A DNA stretch of 64,000 nucleotides from Octopus sinensis. Taxonomy: Eukaryota. This document shows, piece after piece, positions 63,138 to 64,000 of this stretch. The DNA is taken from the NCBI RefSeq assembly GCF_006345805.1, contig NC_043006.1:5642001-5706000 (forward strand). Direction: 5' to 3'. The notes under the pieces are model-generated. The model did no database searches and was not told where the DNA came from. It was given only the letters and a program-made list of their open reading frames with translations. How positions within the stretch are numbered: the first letter of the stretch is position 1; each line of letters begins with the position of its first letter. Both the position numbers and the translations under genes were made by a program.

Positions 63138-63452
63138 TTATTTATTTATTTATGCACCCTTTTCAAGCCTAGCCAGGCTCATGGGCTCGGTTTCCCAGTT
63201 TCTGTGGCGTATGTGCTCCCTCCAGCTGAACGGGACGCTAGTCCATCACAGCATTACTCAAGAAACAGGAAGAAAGAGTGAGAGAAAGTTGGGGTGAAAG
63301 AGTACAACAGCTCCCCCCCCCTCCCGCCGGAGCCTCGTGGAGCTTTTTAGGTGTTTTTGCTCAATAAACACACACAACGCCCGGTCTGGGAATCGAAACC
63401 ACAATCCTCCAACTGCAAGTCTGCTGTCCTGACCACTGGGCCATTGCGCTTC
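63138..63452 (-). mobile_element. tRNA-derived V-like SINE with 14-bp TSD
   Basis: TCTATTAATATAAT at 63124-63137 and 63453-63466. Confidence 0.9.
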
Positions 63453-63929
63453 TCTATTAATATAATAGCTTATTTAGGTCATTACCTAGTCTGAAAGGAG
63501 ATGATGTAAGATATCTGTTGATGCTGGTGCATCTGGGTTTTAAAGGGTTGTTGTGCATCTATCCTATAAAAAAAAAATTCGGTTATGACACCTGGCATAT
63601 TTGTTCGTAATAGTACTTTTAGTGTTAGATGTTATTTGCACCCTAGTGACTTTAGTAAAGCATTTGAGTCACCAGGGTACCATGAATATAACATGAAGTA
63701 TTAGTTCCACCCATATCAAGAATACCCTGAGTAATGCAGCATCTTCCTTACTTACAACTAAAATCTTCTCAAACATTTCCAAGGCTGAGTCTCATAATCT
63801 CTACTAAACTCAGCTGGGACCCATACTGGAATATCATTCATATATTTGTGATGCTAGAAACTTTATAAAAAAAAATATTTCAGATCACATTCCACTATGT
63901 CATCTGAGCTTCAACCAAAAAAATTTCAT

Positions 63930-64000
63930 CAATTGCTAGCCTCCCCTGGCACCTGTGCCGGTGGCATGTAAAAAGCACCCACTACACTCATGGAGTGGTT
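63930..64000 (+). mobile_element. Meta-like element, runs off the right edge
   Basis: GTGCCGGTGGCATGTAAAAAGCACCCACTACACTC. Confidence 0.8.

Noticed and set aside
55958-64000. Myosin exon 4 (expected LEAFGNAKT..NDNSSRFGK)
   Set aside because: Not found by eye; it is probably beyond the window.

Overview
AT-rich, microsatellite-dense animal genomic DNA. The SINE repertoire suggests a cephalopod, probably Octopus; this is inferred from recalled consensus sequences, not a search. The only host gene I can support is the 5' part of a class I myosin (Myo1D/Myo31DF-like) on the + strand: coding exons 9504-9601, 53880-54088 and 55864-55957, all with GT-AG junctions in frame, and a 44,278-bp first intron. 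Nearly all ORFs in the supplied track are repeat artefacts. The rest of the window holds four SINE-type families (CORE-like, Nin/Deu-like, V-like and a headless Meta-like (GAT)n-tailed element), decayed Tc1/mariner elements (one DD41D, one foldback), LINE remnants, a 24-bp minisatellite and a SINE-mediated 1,472-bp tandem duplication. The most interesting signal is a set of unrelated small elements in or beside (TA)n tracts that carry minimal type I hammerhead-ribozyme motifs with palindromic stem III. Several are arranged as inverted or tandem repeats like Penelope pseudo-LTRs. A LINE 3' end that shares its terminal hairpin with the CORE-like SINE, and a TSD-bounded 7-mer SINE array, are also notable.
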